Assembly (NCBI GenBank): GCA_043228905.1
Contig: JBHGNT010000022.1
Coordinates: forward strand, 3,224,001-3,288,000
DNA: 64,000 nt
Source of the DNA: Azolla caroliniana
Lineage: Eukaryota; Plantae; Polypodiophyta
Direction of reading: 5' to 3'
A program made the translations under genes and the position numbers. Below the pieces are notes generated by a model, which saw nothing but the letters and a program-made list of their open reading frames with translations, was not told the origin of the DNA and made no database searches. Positions 13,601-26,388 of the stretch are shown in pieces. Numbering within the stretch: position 1 is the stretch's first letter; each line of letters opens with the position of its first letter.

Positions 13601-15645
13601 AGACAGGATCGTGGTGAAGGGGTTCCAGCAAAAGAAGGGTGTGGACTTCAACGAGATATTTGCCCCAGTAGTAAAGATGACTTACATCCGGACGGTGCTA
13701 AGCATAGCGGCAAGCATGGACCTCGAGGTAGAGTAGTTAGACGTGAAGACGACGTTCCTCCACGGCAACCTCGAAGAGGAGATCTACATGCAACAACTGG
13801 AGGGATTTGTGAAGAAAGGGAAGGAGCACTTGGTTTTCCGGTTGAAGAAGAGCCTCTACGGGTTGAAGCAGGCTCCCCAGCAATGGTACCGGAAGTTCGA
13901 CTCCTTCATGACCGATCAAGGGTACCCCAAGACGCAAGCCGATCACTGCGTATTTGTGAAGAAGTTCGAAGGTGGAGACTTCCTGATACTCCTCTTGTAT
14001 GTGGACGACATGTTGATCGTCAGACGAGACCAAGTCAAGAAAAGGACACTAAAGAAGGCCCTGAACCGGACCTTCTCAATGAAAGACTTGGGTACGGCAA
14101 GACATATGTTAGGTATGCATATCATTCGGGACCGGCCAACGAAGCAATTGTGGCTGTCACAGGAGAAGTACGTGACAAAGGTGCTTCAGCAGTTCAACAT
14201 GTCAGATGCGAAACCGGTCGAATCGACACTTCCGGCAAACTACAAGTTATCCGGTAAGCAAAGCCCAAAGATGAAGGCAGAGAAGGAGGATATGATGAAG
14301 ATACCATATGCCTCTGCCGTCGGGAGCCTAATGTACGCAATGGTGTGTACCCGACCGGATATCGGATATGCAGTCGAAGTGGTGAGCCGGTTTATGAGCA
14401 ATCCCGACAATGAGCTCTGGAATGCGGTAAAATGGATACTCCGATACTTGAAAGGCACCTCAAGTATGTGTCTCCGATTCGGCTCTAGTAAACCCCAACA
14501 TAACGGTTTCACCGATTCGGATATGTCGGCTGATGCAGAAACCAACCAGTCAACATCCAAATACGTCATGACATATGTGGGGCGAGCTGTTTCGTGGCAA
14601 TCAAGGCTGCAGAAGACGGTTGCGTTGTCAACCACGGAAGTGGAGTACATGGCGGTTGTGCAAGCCGGCAAGGAAATACTATGGATGAAGGACTTCATCG
14701 AAGAGTTAGGGATCTAGCAAGAGGAATATCGGCTCTATTGCGACGGTCAAAGTGCCATCCACCTTGCGAAGAACGCAACATATCACTCCAAGACGAAGCA
14801 CATCCAGCGAAGGTACCACTGCATTCGGGAGCGAATAGAAGACCGAGAGTTTGTGCTGACGAAGATCCACACGGAGGAGAACGGGTCGGATATGCTGGCC
14901 AAGGTGTTGACGCTCGACAAGCTAGACGCAAGCCGAAAGCAGATTGGACTGTCGAGGTATCCCATGCCGGAGTGAAGGGGGAGTTTATTAGGATCTTGGT
15001 CCCTCCGGATGGGATACAAAGGCCCGGCATCAGAAGACTCGGTGAGAACCAGATAACAAGTACTCGGCAAGGAAGATCCGGTGAGAATCGGATGATACAG
15101 ACCCAGTGAGAACCGGATGACAAGTACCCGGCAAGGAAGACCCAGTGAGAACCAGATGTTGTAAGCCCGGTGAGACCTCTCATCGGATGGAAGGGACATA
15201 CATGTAAATATGTTCCAGAGAGCCCACTGGGGCTATATCTATAAATAGCCTGAAAGTCATATTAGTATAAATATGACTTTGGGCAAACTCAATAGATACG
15301 ATGATAGAGTTATTGGTGTAACTTCTGTACAGTGCGTAAGAGAGAGAGAGAGAGAGAGAGAGCGATATACAGAGATTGTGTCTCTTTTGTAACCGCCGCT
15401 AGGCGAAGATTGTGAGTAAGACGTCGTTGCCTTTGGGCTCCCTGTTTTATTACTTGACATAGTGATAGTTTGGAGTCTGTGGACTCCCGTGGTTTTTCCC
15501 TCTCAGGCTTTTCCACGTTAATATCTTGTGTATTCTCTTTTTGTTTTGTGTACTTACCTCCATTCCCATTTCTTCTGTGTTTGATTGGCATCAAGTGATC
15601 TACGCTTCGGTTGTGGCCGGAGATTATTCCGCATATTTCGCGTGA
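10275..15645 (+). mobile_element. Ty1/copia LTR retrotransposon (Copia-B, Tnt1/Tork-like), degenerate
   Basis: LTRs at 10275-10920 and 14986-15645 with (AG)n and internal tandem repeats. PBS TGGTATTCAGAGC at 10924-10936; PPT GAAGGGGGAG near 14974-14983. Probable TSD GTCCG/GTCTG. Confidence 0.95.
10953..14975 (+). pseudogene. Copia-B gag-pol with multiple stops and frameshifts
   Basis: CFYCGKSGHFQKNC zinc knuckle, WVVDSGAS protease, LVHTDVC integrase, LYVDD RT, FTDSD RNase H. Confidence 0.93.
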
Positions 15646-18600
15646 GTCTGAAAGGGCGTGTGTTCAAATCTCACTCTCATCATCAATGTAAAATAAAAAT
15701 GTTTCGTTTTGGCAACGAGTTGATTAGGCAATATCAGATGTGGATGAGGTTGCCGAATTGGCCTAAGACGCTAGATTAAGGTTCTAGTCTGGCAAGGCAT
15801 GGGTTCAAATCCCACTCTCATCATCGATGTAAAATGAACATGCTTTGTTTTGGCGACAGGTTCATGAGGAGGCCGAGTTGGTCTAAGCCGCTAGTTTAAG
15901 GTTCTAGTCTAAAAGGGGATGTCGTGAAATCCCACTCTCATCATCGATGTAAAGTGAACATGGTTCGTTTTGTCGATGAGTTGATTAGGCAACATCATAT
16001 GTGGATCAGGTGGCCAAGCTGGCCGAAAATGCTAGATTAAGGTTCTAGTCTGAAAGGGCATGCGTTCAAATCCCACTCTCATCATCGATGTAAAATGAAC
16101 ATGCTTAGTTATGGCGACGCGTTAATGAGGAGGTCGAGTTCGTATAAACCGCTAGTTTAAGATTCTAGTCCGAAAGGGCATGTGGTGAAATTCCACTCTC
16201 ATCATCGATGTAATGCGAACAATCTTCGTTATGGCGACGAGTTGATTAGGCAACACGATAAGTGAATGACGTGGCCGACTTGGTTTAAGGTTAGAACCTA
16301 GATTAAAGTTCTAGTCCGAAAACGCGTGGATTCAAATCCCACTCTCATCATCGATGTAAAATGAACATACTTCATTTTGGTGACGGGTTGTTTAGCCAAC
16401 ACGATAAGTGGAAAAGGTAGCCGACTTCTTCTAAGGTGCTAGAATAAGGTTCAAGTCCGAAAGGCTGTGGGTCGAAATCTCACTCTCATCATCGGTATAG
16501 AATAAACAAGCGTTGTTTTGGTAATGGTTGATTAGGCAACACGATAAGCGGATGAGGTAACCAAGTTGGTCTGAGGCGCTAGATTAAGGTTCTTCTCCGA
16601 AAGGGCACGGGTTCAAAGGCCACGCTCATCATCGATGCATAATAAGGATATATCGTTTTGCCGATGAGTTAATTAGGCCACATGATATATGGATGAGGTG
16701 GCCGAGTTGGTCTAAGGTGCTAGATTAAGGTTCTAGTCCGAAAGGACACGTGATCATATCCCACTCTAATCATCATTGTAAAGTGAACATGCTTCGTTTT
16801 GGCGACGAGTTCATTAGGCAATATGATAAGTGGATGAGGTGGCCGAGTTTTTCCAAGGTGCGGTGCTAAATTAAGGTTCTAGTTTGGAAGGGCGTGTGTT
16901 CAAATCCCACTCTCATCATCGATGTAAAATGAACATCGTCGTTCTAGTGACGATTGATTACGCAACACAATAAGTGGATGAGGTGGCCAAGTTGGTCTCA
17001 GACTCTAGATTAAGGTTCTAGTCCGAAAGGCATCCCACTCTCATCATCGATGTAAAATGAACATGTGTCGTTTTGGTGGCGGGCGTATTAAGCAACAAGG
17101 TAACACACCGAGGCGGTAGCTGTAGGTTCTAGTCTGAAAGGGCATGGGTACAAATCTCACTCTCATCATCAATGTAAAATAAACATGTTTCGTTTTGACG
17201 ATGAGTTGATTAGACAATATCATATGAGGATGACGTTGCCGAATTGGCCTAAGACGCTAGATTAAGGTTCTAGTCCGGAAGGGCGTAGGTTCAAATCCCA
17301 CTCTTATCATTGATGTAAAATGAACATGCTTTGTTTTTTACGGCAGGTTCATGAGGAGGCCGAGTTTTTCTAAGCCGCTAGTTCAAGGTTCTAGTCTGAA
17401 AGGGGATGTGGTGAAATCCCACTCTCATCATCGATGTAAAGTGAACATGGTTTGTTTTGGCAATGATTTAATTACGCAACATCATATGTGGATCAGGTGG
17501 CAAAGGTGGCCGAAAATGCTAGATTAAGGTTCTAGTCCGAAAGGGCGTGGGATCAAATCCCACTGTCATTATCGATTCAAAATGAACATGCTTTGTTTTG
17601 GCGACGTGTTAATGAAGAGGCCGAGTTTGTATAAGCCATTGGTTTAAGGTTCTAGTCTGGAAGGGCATGCGGTGAAATCCCACTCTCATCATCGATGTAA
17701 TATGAACATGGTTCGTTTTTGTGATGAGTTGATTAGACAACACGATAAGTGGATAACGTAGCCGAGTTGGTTTAAGGTTAGAACCTAGATTAAAGTTCAA
17801 GTCCGAAAATGCGTGGGTTCAAATCCCACTCTCATCATCGCTATAAAATGACCATACTTCGTTTTGGTGACGGGTTGATTAGCCAACACAATAAGTAGAT
17901 AAGGTGGCCGAGTTCTTTTATGCTGCTAGAATAGGGTTCTACTCCGAAAGGCCGTGGGTCAAAATCTCACTCTCATCATCGGTATAGAATAAAGAAGTGT
18001 CGTTTTGGTAACGAGTGATTAGGCAACATGATAAGTGGATGAGGTGGCTGAGTTGGTCTAAGGCGCTAGATTTAGGTTCTAGTCCGATAGGGCGTGGGTT
18101 CAAATCCCAGTCTCATGATCAATGTAAAATAAACATGCGTCGTTTTCGTGGTGGGGGTTTTAGGCAACAGGGTAGACTGAGGTGGTGGAGTTGGTGTAAG
18201 GCGCTAAATTAAGGTTCTAGGCAAAAAGGCCATGGGTTGCAATCCCACTATCATAATTGATGTAAAATAGGTTGTATGTAAAATGGACAACCATCGTTCT
18301 AGGCACTGTTGACTAGGCAACACGATAAGTGGATGAGGTGGTTACATTGGTCTAAGGCGCTATATTACGGGTCAAGTCCGACTGGGCGTGGGTTCAACTC
18401 CCACTCTCATCATCGATGTATGATAAGCTTGTATCATTTTGGCGATGAGTTATTACGTAACACGATATATGCATGAGGTAGCTGAGTTGGTCTAAGGTGC
18501 TATGTTAAGGTTCTAGTACGAAGGGGCATGTGGTCAAATCCCACTCTCGTCATTATTGTAAACTGAACATGCTTAGTTTGGGCGACGTGTTCGTTAGGCA

Positions 18601-21600
18601 ACACGATAACTGGATAAGGTGGCCGAGTTGGTCTAAGGCGCTAGATTAAGGTTCTAGTCCGAAAGGGCATGGGTGCAAATCCGACTCTTATCATTGATGT
18701 AAAATGAACATGTGTCATTTTTGTGACGCGTTGACTAGGCAACACAATAAGTGGATGAGGTGGCCGAGTTGGTCTAAGGCGCTAGATTAAGGTTCTAGTC
18801 CGAAAAGGCGTGGGTTCAAATCCCACTCTCATGATTGATGTAAATTGGACATGCTTCGTTTTCGAGACCCGTTGATTAGGCAACAAGATAAGAGGATGAG
18901 GTAGCCACGTTCATCAAAGGCGGTAGGTTTAGCTTGTAGTTTGAAAGGGGGTGGGTACAAATCTCACTCTCATCATCAATGTAAAATAAACATGTTTCGT
19001 TTTGGTGATTAGTTGATTAGGCAATATCATATGTGGATGACGTTGCCAAATTGGCCTAAGACGCTAGATTAAGGTTCTAGTCCGGCAGGTCGTGGGTTCA
19101 AATCCCACTCTCATCATCGATGTAAAATGAACATGCTTTGTTTTGACCGAGTTTTTCTAAGCCGCTAGTTTAAGGTTCTAGTCCGAAAGGGGATGTGGTG
19201 AAATCCCACTCTCATCATCGATGTAAAGTGAACATGGTTTGTTTTGGCGATGAGTTGATTATGTAACATCATATGTGGATCAGGTGGCAAAGGTAGCCAA
19301 AAATGCTAGATTAAGGTTCTAGTCCAAAAGGGCGTGGGATCAAATCCCACTCTCATCATCGATTCAAAATGAAAATGCTTTGTTTTGGCGACGTGTTAAT
19401 GAGGAGGCCGAGTTTGTAGAAGCCGCTGGTTTAAGGTTCTAGTCCGGAAGGGCATGTGGTCAAATCCCACTCTCATCATCGATGTAATGTGAACATGCTT
19501 CGTTTTTGCGACGACTTGATTAGACAACACGATAAGTGGATGATGTAGCCGAGTTGGTTTAAGGTTAGAACCTAGATTAAAGTTCAAGTCCGAAAACGCG
19601 TGCGTTCAAATCCCACTCTCATCATCGATGTAAAATGAACATGCTTCGTTTTGGTGGCGAGTTTATTGGGCAACAGGATAAGTGGATGAGGTAGCCGACT
19701 TGGTCAAAGGCGCCAGATTAAGGTTCTAGTCCAAAAGGGCATGGGTTTAAATCCCACTCTCATCATCGATGTAAAATGAACATATCTTCGTTTTGGTGAC
19801 GAGTTGATTCCAGAACACGATAAGTGGATGAGGTGGCCGAGTTGGTCTAAGGTGCTAGATTATGGTTCTAGTCCAGAAGGGCGTGGGTTCAAATCCATTG
19901 TCATTATCAATGTAAAATGAACATTATTCGTTTTAGTGATAGGTTTAATAGACCACATGACAAGCAGATGAGGTGGCCGAGTTGGTATAAGGCGCTAGAT
20001 TAATGTTCTAGTCCAGAAAGGTGTAGGTTCAAATCCCACTCTCATTATCGATGTAAAATGAACATGCTTCCTTTTTGTGATGGGTTTAGTAGGCAATATG
20101 ATAATCGGATGAGGTGGCTGAGTTGGTCTAATGCGCTAGATTAAGGTTATAGTCCTAAAGGGCGTCGGTTCGAATCCCACTCTCATCATCGATGTAAAAT
20201 TCACATGGCTTCGTTTTGGAGATGAGTTGATTAGGCAACAGGATAAAAGGATGAGGTGACCGATTTGGTCTAAAGCGCTAGATTAAGGTTCTAATCCGAA
20301 ATGGCGTGGGTTCAAATCCCACTCTCATCACCGACGTAAAATGAACATTCTTCATTTTAGTGACAGGTTTAATAAAGAACAAGTCAGAAAGGGAAAGGGC
20401 GTGGGTTCAAATCCCACTCTCATCATCGATGTAAAATGAACATGCTTCATTTTGGTGACGAGTTTATTAGGCAACACGATAAGTGGATGAGGTGGCCGAG
20501 TTGGTCTAACCCTCTAGATTAAGGTTCTAGTCCAAAAGGGCGTGGGTTCAGATCCCACTCTCATCATCGATGTAAAATGAACATACATTGTTTTGGCGAT
20601 GGGTTGATTAGGCAACACGATAAACGGATGAGGTGGCCGAGTTGGTATAATACGCTACATTAAGGTTCTAGTCCGAAAACGTGGTGGTTCAAATCCCACT
20701 CTCATCATCGATGTAGAATGAACATGCTTCATTTTGGTGACGAGTTTATTAGCCAACACGAAAAGTGGATGAGGTGGCCATCTTGGTTGAAGGCGCTAGA
20801 TTAAGGTTCTAGTCCGAAAGGGCGCGGGTTCAAATGCCACTATCATCATCGATGTAAAATGAACATGCTTCGTTTTGGGCATGAGTTCATTACACAACAC
20901 GATAAGCAGATGAGGTGGCCGAGTTGTTCTAAGGCGCTAGATTAAGGTTCTAGTCCGAAGGGGCGTGGGTTCAAATGCCACTGCCATCATCGATGTAAAA
21001 TGAACATTCTTCGTTTTGGTGACGGGTTTATTACGGAACATGATAAGCGGATGAGGTGGCCGACTTGGTATAAGGCGCTAGATTAAGGTTCTAGTCCAAA
21101 AGGGCATGGGTTTAAATCCCACCCTCATCATCGATGTATAATGAACATTCTTCGTTTTGGTGATAGGTTGTTTAGGCAACATGATAAGTGGATGAGGTGG
21201 CCAAGTTGCTCTAAGGCGCAGGATTAAGGTTCTAGTCTGAAAGGGCGTGGGTGAAAATCCTACACTCATCATCGATGTAAAATGAACATGATTCGTTTTG
21301 GTGACGAGTTGGTTAGACAACACAATAACCGGATGAGGTGGCCGAGTTGGTCTAAAGCGCTAGATTAAGGTTCTCGTCCGAATGGGCGTGGTTTCCAATC
21401 CGACCCTCATCATCGATGTAAAATGAATATTCTTCGTTTTTGTCATGGGTTGACTCGGGAACAGGATCACCGGATGAAGTGGCCGAGTTGGGCTAAGGCG
21501 CTAGATTAAGGTTCTAGTCCGAAAGCGCATGGGTTCAAATCCCACACTCATCATCGATGTAAAATGAACATGCTTCGTTATGGGGACGAGTAGATTAGGC

Positions 21601-21977
21601 GACACGATAAGCTGAGGAGGTGGCCGAGTTGGTCTAAGGCACTAGATTAAGGTTCTAGTCCGAAAGGGAAAGGTCGTGGGTTCAAATCCCACTCTCATCA
21701 TCGATGTAAAATGAACATGCTTCATTTTTGTTATTAGACAACACGATAAGTGGATGAGGCGGCCGACTTGGTCAAAGGCACTAGATTAAGGTTCTAGTCC
21801 GAAAGGGCATGGGTTCAAATGCCACTCTCATCATCGATGTAAAATGAACATGCTTTGTTTTGGTGACGAGTTCATTAGACAACGTGATAAGCGGATGAGA
21901 TGGCCGAGTTGGTTTAAGGCGCTAGATTAACGTTCTAGTCCGAAAGAGCGTAGGTTCAAAACCACTGTCATCATCGA
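15646..21977 (+). repeat. Tandem tRNA-Leu(AAG) satellite, about 45 monomers, with higher-order blocks
   Basis: Same monomer; diagnostic variant monomers recur in the same order. Confidence 0.96.
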
Positions 21978-22541
21978 AGGTTGGATGGTCATTGTATTGT
22001 GGTTAGAGAATTAACTAGTTTTTGGTTCCATTGTGTTTAGGGAAATTGGAGGTATTGTTTAGAGAAAGCATATATTCAGAATTGGGAGTATCATACATTG
22101 AACGATAAGGAAGCAGTTGATGGGGAAATAGAAAAGAATGTTGACTTCACATATCAAGGACGTGGAGATACTCTGAGTGATGTCTTAAATGTTGGGGATA
22201 ATTTTGTTGTAGATGCAGAAGAAGGCAATTCTGAGAGTGATGATTTCTATATATTGAAGTGCACGGTTAGTAAACAGTGTGCAACATAGAATAAATTAGA
22301 TGCTTGGGGAAATGTTGTATTTACCAGGACATTCTACGTCGAAGGTATTTTTTATGCAAGATTAGATGATTACGATTATGTGTATAGGCTATTAGAAGAC
22401 AAACCAGTGGCGCACATGTACTCTCATTTGGTCAGGTGCATCAATGTCCCAATGTCGCAATACAATAGCTGCTCAGGTTTATACACAGTTAGTGCTAATG
22501 TGTATGAAAGTATTTACAACAGTATGCCATGGAATTTGTAG
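21978..22541 (+). pseudogene. C-terminal part of Sola2-like transposase
   Basis: RLDGHCIVVRELTSFWFHCV*GNWRYC...VGDNFVV...FYILKC..DAWGN...MPWNL*. Joins in frame to QSLHVVH at 26389 on the minus strand. Confidence 0.75.
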
Positions 22542-22859
22542 CTACAAGTAGCAATTACCAGTTTTCTTGTAAAACAAACAAAGCACATGTATTGCAAATA
22601 AACAGTTTAATTGACCTGTTTGGGAGTTTTTTTTTTTCATATACAGTGTACTTTTTGTGCTTCTTCTATCAGGCTTCTATCTGATATACAGTTTAATAAT
22701 ATCATTTAGGGTTCTTTTTTCTGAGATGCAGATTTACTCAAGTGAACCATGTACAAGTTAAAATAGTTTGCATAATTTTAAGAAAAAGCACAACAATCCT
22801 GAACATACTCTTAAAATTACACAGTAGATAAGTCACTCAAAACAAGCAATTTAATTCTC

Positions 22860-25740
22860 AATTGATTAAGTGGTAGCAAATTACATATTTATAACATCCC
22901 ATTGCGAATGTCTAGAAATCGTCTATAAACAGCTAAGCTCTTGCTGGTCAGTGGAACTTCTCTACATATATGATCTGCACACCGAGCACGGTATGGAGTC
23001 CACAACCATGTAGCTAGTTGGTACCTCAATGTTTTCACCAAATAGTGTTCATGCATTTCATCGGGTAGAATGAGACAGCATCTGTGAATGTTGAAGTAAT
23101 GTCGGAAATGTTCTGTATCCATAATCAACGTATTGTTGGCATTATAATCTGGCCAAGTGTCCCAAAATTCAGAAACTCTTTTGAATCTTGCAACATCATT
23201 CTGCTCACAATTCTCTCATGATCACTGACCCTTGAAATATTGTCACCACTTCGGGAAGAATTTTTCTACACACTTCCACACATCTATACGTGGTTTTTCA
23301 CTCCAAATAAACAAATCAAAGTATTGCACAACCCACTCTAGAAATTGATTTACGTCCCTCCTTAGTGTCATATATCGCACACTCAACTAACAGTCTCACA
23401 AAACAACATAATGAACATGAAATATTTTCCATCATAGAAACATGAACATAATTATCTTGGAGAAACATCATAGAGTTCCATTACATAATGTGGATCAAGC
23501 AACAACCAATTTGAGGTTTTACTTGTCCAAATAGATCATAGTAAAACATCATAAAACCCTAGGAAAATCGCTAACAATCATATCCCACTAATAAGTATTT
23601 CGTTCTAATTCAAGAACCCCTTGACCGAGTAACTGGTCTTGTCCTCGATCATGGACTCTTCTTCACCCTTTTTCTAGCCGGTTGCCCATTTAGCCTTACT
23701 TCCTTGACCCATTGCGCAAGTGTGTCCTCCTTTGACAACCTTTCCATCACCTCAACAGCGGCTTGCAGGTCAGCCACGTCTTGCACTAGCTTTTCCAGTA
23801 CATTGGGATCTATTTGGACATTATCAGTAGGTGGGCTCAGTGGGGTGGAATCAAGGTTTTGGAATTCGAAGAAATGTTGCATCAAGTGTTCAAAAACACT
23901 ATTGTTGTGATCCTCAAATTTACATGTTGTTTCCAATATGTCATGGCTTTTCACATCGTTGCCTAATTCATTACCATCTTCCAAAAGAATAGGGTGGAGC
24001 TGATTTGAAGGAGATGTGATAGCAGGACTCTTACTTTCAGCCACGTTGGCAACTATCTCCTCATCGGTTGCAGCATCATCAGAACCAGACATGTCTTGTG
24101 CCCTCCTTAATCCACAAGATTCTACAACAACATGGTCGCTAATTAGCTACATCTTAGCTAACTAGATATTCTTCAAGACTATGACAATAGCTAATTAGCT
24201 ACCACTTAGCTAATTAGATACTTCGCTTAGGTATGGTAGTAGCTAATTAGCTACTCAACTAAAGTATGGTACTAGCTAGTTAGCCACTATAACTAAAGTA
24301 TGGTAGTAACTAATTAGCTACTACTTAGCTAATTAGCTACTGGACTAAACTATGGTAGTAGCTAATTAGCTTCCACTTAGCTAATTAGCTACTCAGCTCA
24401 AAGTATGGCAGTAGCTAATTAACTAAATCTTATTTCTAATTGTTGTAACTGACAAAGTGACTTTGCTCTACATCGCAGCAGCCAATGTTGCTTTCTCTAA
24501 ATCAGTCTTAATAAACTCCAATGTCTCACATGCTTCATGGACACTTTTTAGCATATAGCTAATCAATGTCTCACCTGTATCATCGACATTGGCTTTCATT
24601 GTGTGTCGGTGTGGCATATACTTGCAGGTTTGTTGGGAGTCGGTAGTTGCATCATCAACTGCCATGCTCCAAAATCTTGCCATTTTTTGTTGCAAGCTCC
24701 CCATCTTCAAACATCTTTCTACCGATGCCTCACCATAAATTGCCCAAGCTACCCTGTACATTTCAGGGTCACGAGATTCCTTCGTTGTTTTGCAATACTC
24801 GTATGCAAAAGCTCTAGCAAATGAAATGGACAACTCATGTTGACTGGGATCTGTTGATGTACTTTCTGGTGCAGTATCATGCAGTTGTCGTACAGCTCTA
24901 GTCGTACATGCTTGAGCTTGACCTTGCCTTTCACTCTAGGCACTTTATATCCTAACATCCAGTCTACATCACTAATCAATCTATCTATTAGAACAGCAGG
25001 GTCAATACCCTCGAGCGACAGACCATATATGTTGTGAAAGTTCTCCTTTGTCTCGCAAAATTTTGTGAAGTTCAACACTCTAGGATAGGGAGGAACGAGC
25101 CACCTGAAATAGAAAACCAATAATCAGAATTGGTGCAAAAACAAAATTTTGAATGAGAATTTGGTGCAAAATTACAACACTTTGAGACAGTAATCTGAAA
25201 TTTGTTATCTGTCCTTTTCAACATATATCAGAAATCAACCACTTAAAAAATCAGAAACCCTAATCAGAATTTGTCATGAGAATTGGTGCAAAATTACAAC
25301 AGATTGAGACAGTAATCAAAAATTTGTTATTAGAAATTTGTAACCAAAAACTTGTAATCTAAAATTTGTAATCAGAAACCCTAAACCACTTAAGGGAAAC
25401 ACAAACCCTAATCATCACTAAAGATAGAAATCAACGGTACTACAAAATTCTGTCAATCAGAAACACACTTGCGGCTACACCTTGATCTTCGAAACATCCT
25501 TGTTTTGGACTCCAACGACTTCGCCCTATTCAATTTTTGGGAAAGATGAACAGGTACCAAACTTACAGACAATTATAAATTAGTAAAAAGAAAGTTTTTT
25601 TAATATGTAACTGATACATACCTGGACGAGGAACAACTAGTTCGTGTGTTGTAGCTCTGAAGGTGCAATGTTGATCTCAGAGTTTTTGTGCTGCTACGGG
25701 GGCTTCATCTACATTCATGCTCAGAGTACTCCATCTGTTT
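22860..25740 (-). pseudogene. Spliced accessory gene of unknown function inside the DNA transposon
   Basis: ORF pieces 24749-25120, 24468-24833, 23649-24092 and 22889-23128. CAG/GTATGT donor near 25621 and TTTCAG acceptor near 25103. Homologous pieces are present in copy 2. Confidence 0.55.
24135..24425. repeat. Palindromic TAGCTAATTAGCTA microrepeat array
   Basis: Repeated TAGCTAATTAGCTA interspersed with ACCACT and AAAGTATGGTAG. Confidence 0.9.
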
Positions 25741-26025
25741 GGAGTTCGAACTCGAACTCAGGATTATCAAGAATTTATTGACATTCAAGTCGACCTTAGA
25801 TGATGGCACTATTCCCCATCTTCCACTACGTCAGAAACCAAAGTTCAAATATTTGAGTATTCTCATCAATTAAATGACATGTATTTAACTAATAAAACAT
25901 AAAATTTCGTAAACCATCCTTATGATTTTCCCACAAAAAAACTAGCTAAACAAATAGCTAAATAGTTATGGCCATTTAAGTAGCTAATTAGCTATAATAG
26001 TGTTTCCACTCGCATGCTTTTACTC

Positions 26026-26388
26026 CTAGCACCTTAGTCCCACTCAGCCATCTCATCCGCTTATCATGTTGCCTAATTAACCTGTCACCAAAACGAAGAA
26101 TGTTCATTTTACATTGATGATTAGAGTGGGATTTGAACCCACACCCTTTTGGACTAGACCCTTAATCTAGCACCTTAGACCAACTTGGCCAACTCATCCG
26201 CTTATCGTGTTGTCTAATCACCTCGTCACCAAAACGAAGCATGTTCATTTTACATCGATGATGAGAGTGGGATTTGAACCCACGCCCTTTCGGACTAGAA
26301 CCTTAATCTAGCGCCTTCGACCACGTCAGCCACCTCAACCAGTTATCGTGTTGCCTAATCAACCCATCAAAAAGCGAAACATGTTCAC
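26026..26388 (-). repeat. tRNA-Leu satellite, about 2.5 monomers, inverted
   Basis: TGATGAGAGTGGGATTTGAACCCACGCCCTTTCGGACTAGAACCTTAATCTAG is the reverse complement of the monomer. Confidence 0.95.

Larger units (their letters stand above)
21978..26025 (+). mobile_element. Sola2-like DNA transposon copy 1, 3' half (inverted relative to its 5' half)
   Basis: Transposase C-terminus, then a convergent accessory gene, then terminus ...TTCCACTCGCATGCTTTTACTC followed by CTAG. Homologous to 45655-58544. Confidence 0.8.

Noticed and set aside
6636-21323. Short ORFs in the satellite (GFKSHSHHRCKM / MMRVGFEPTPFRTRT)
   Set aside because: Chance translations of the 141-bp (47-codon) repeat.
6491-21977. 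CRISPR-like repeat-spacer appearance
   Set aside because: The spacers are homologous to each other, the repeat is a tRNA, no cas genes are present and the context is eukaryotic.
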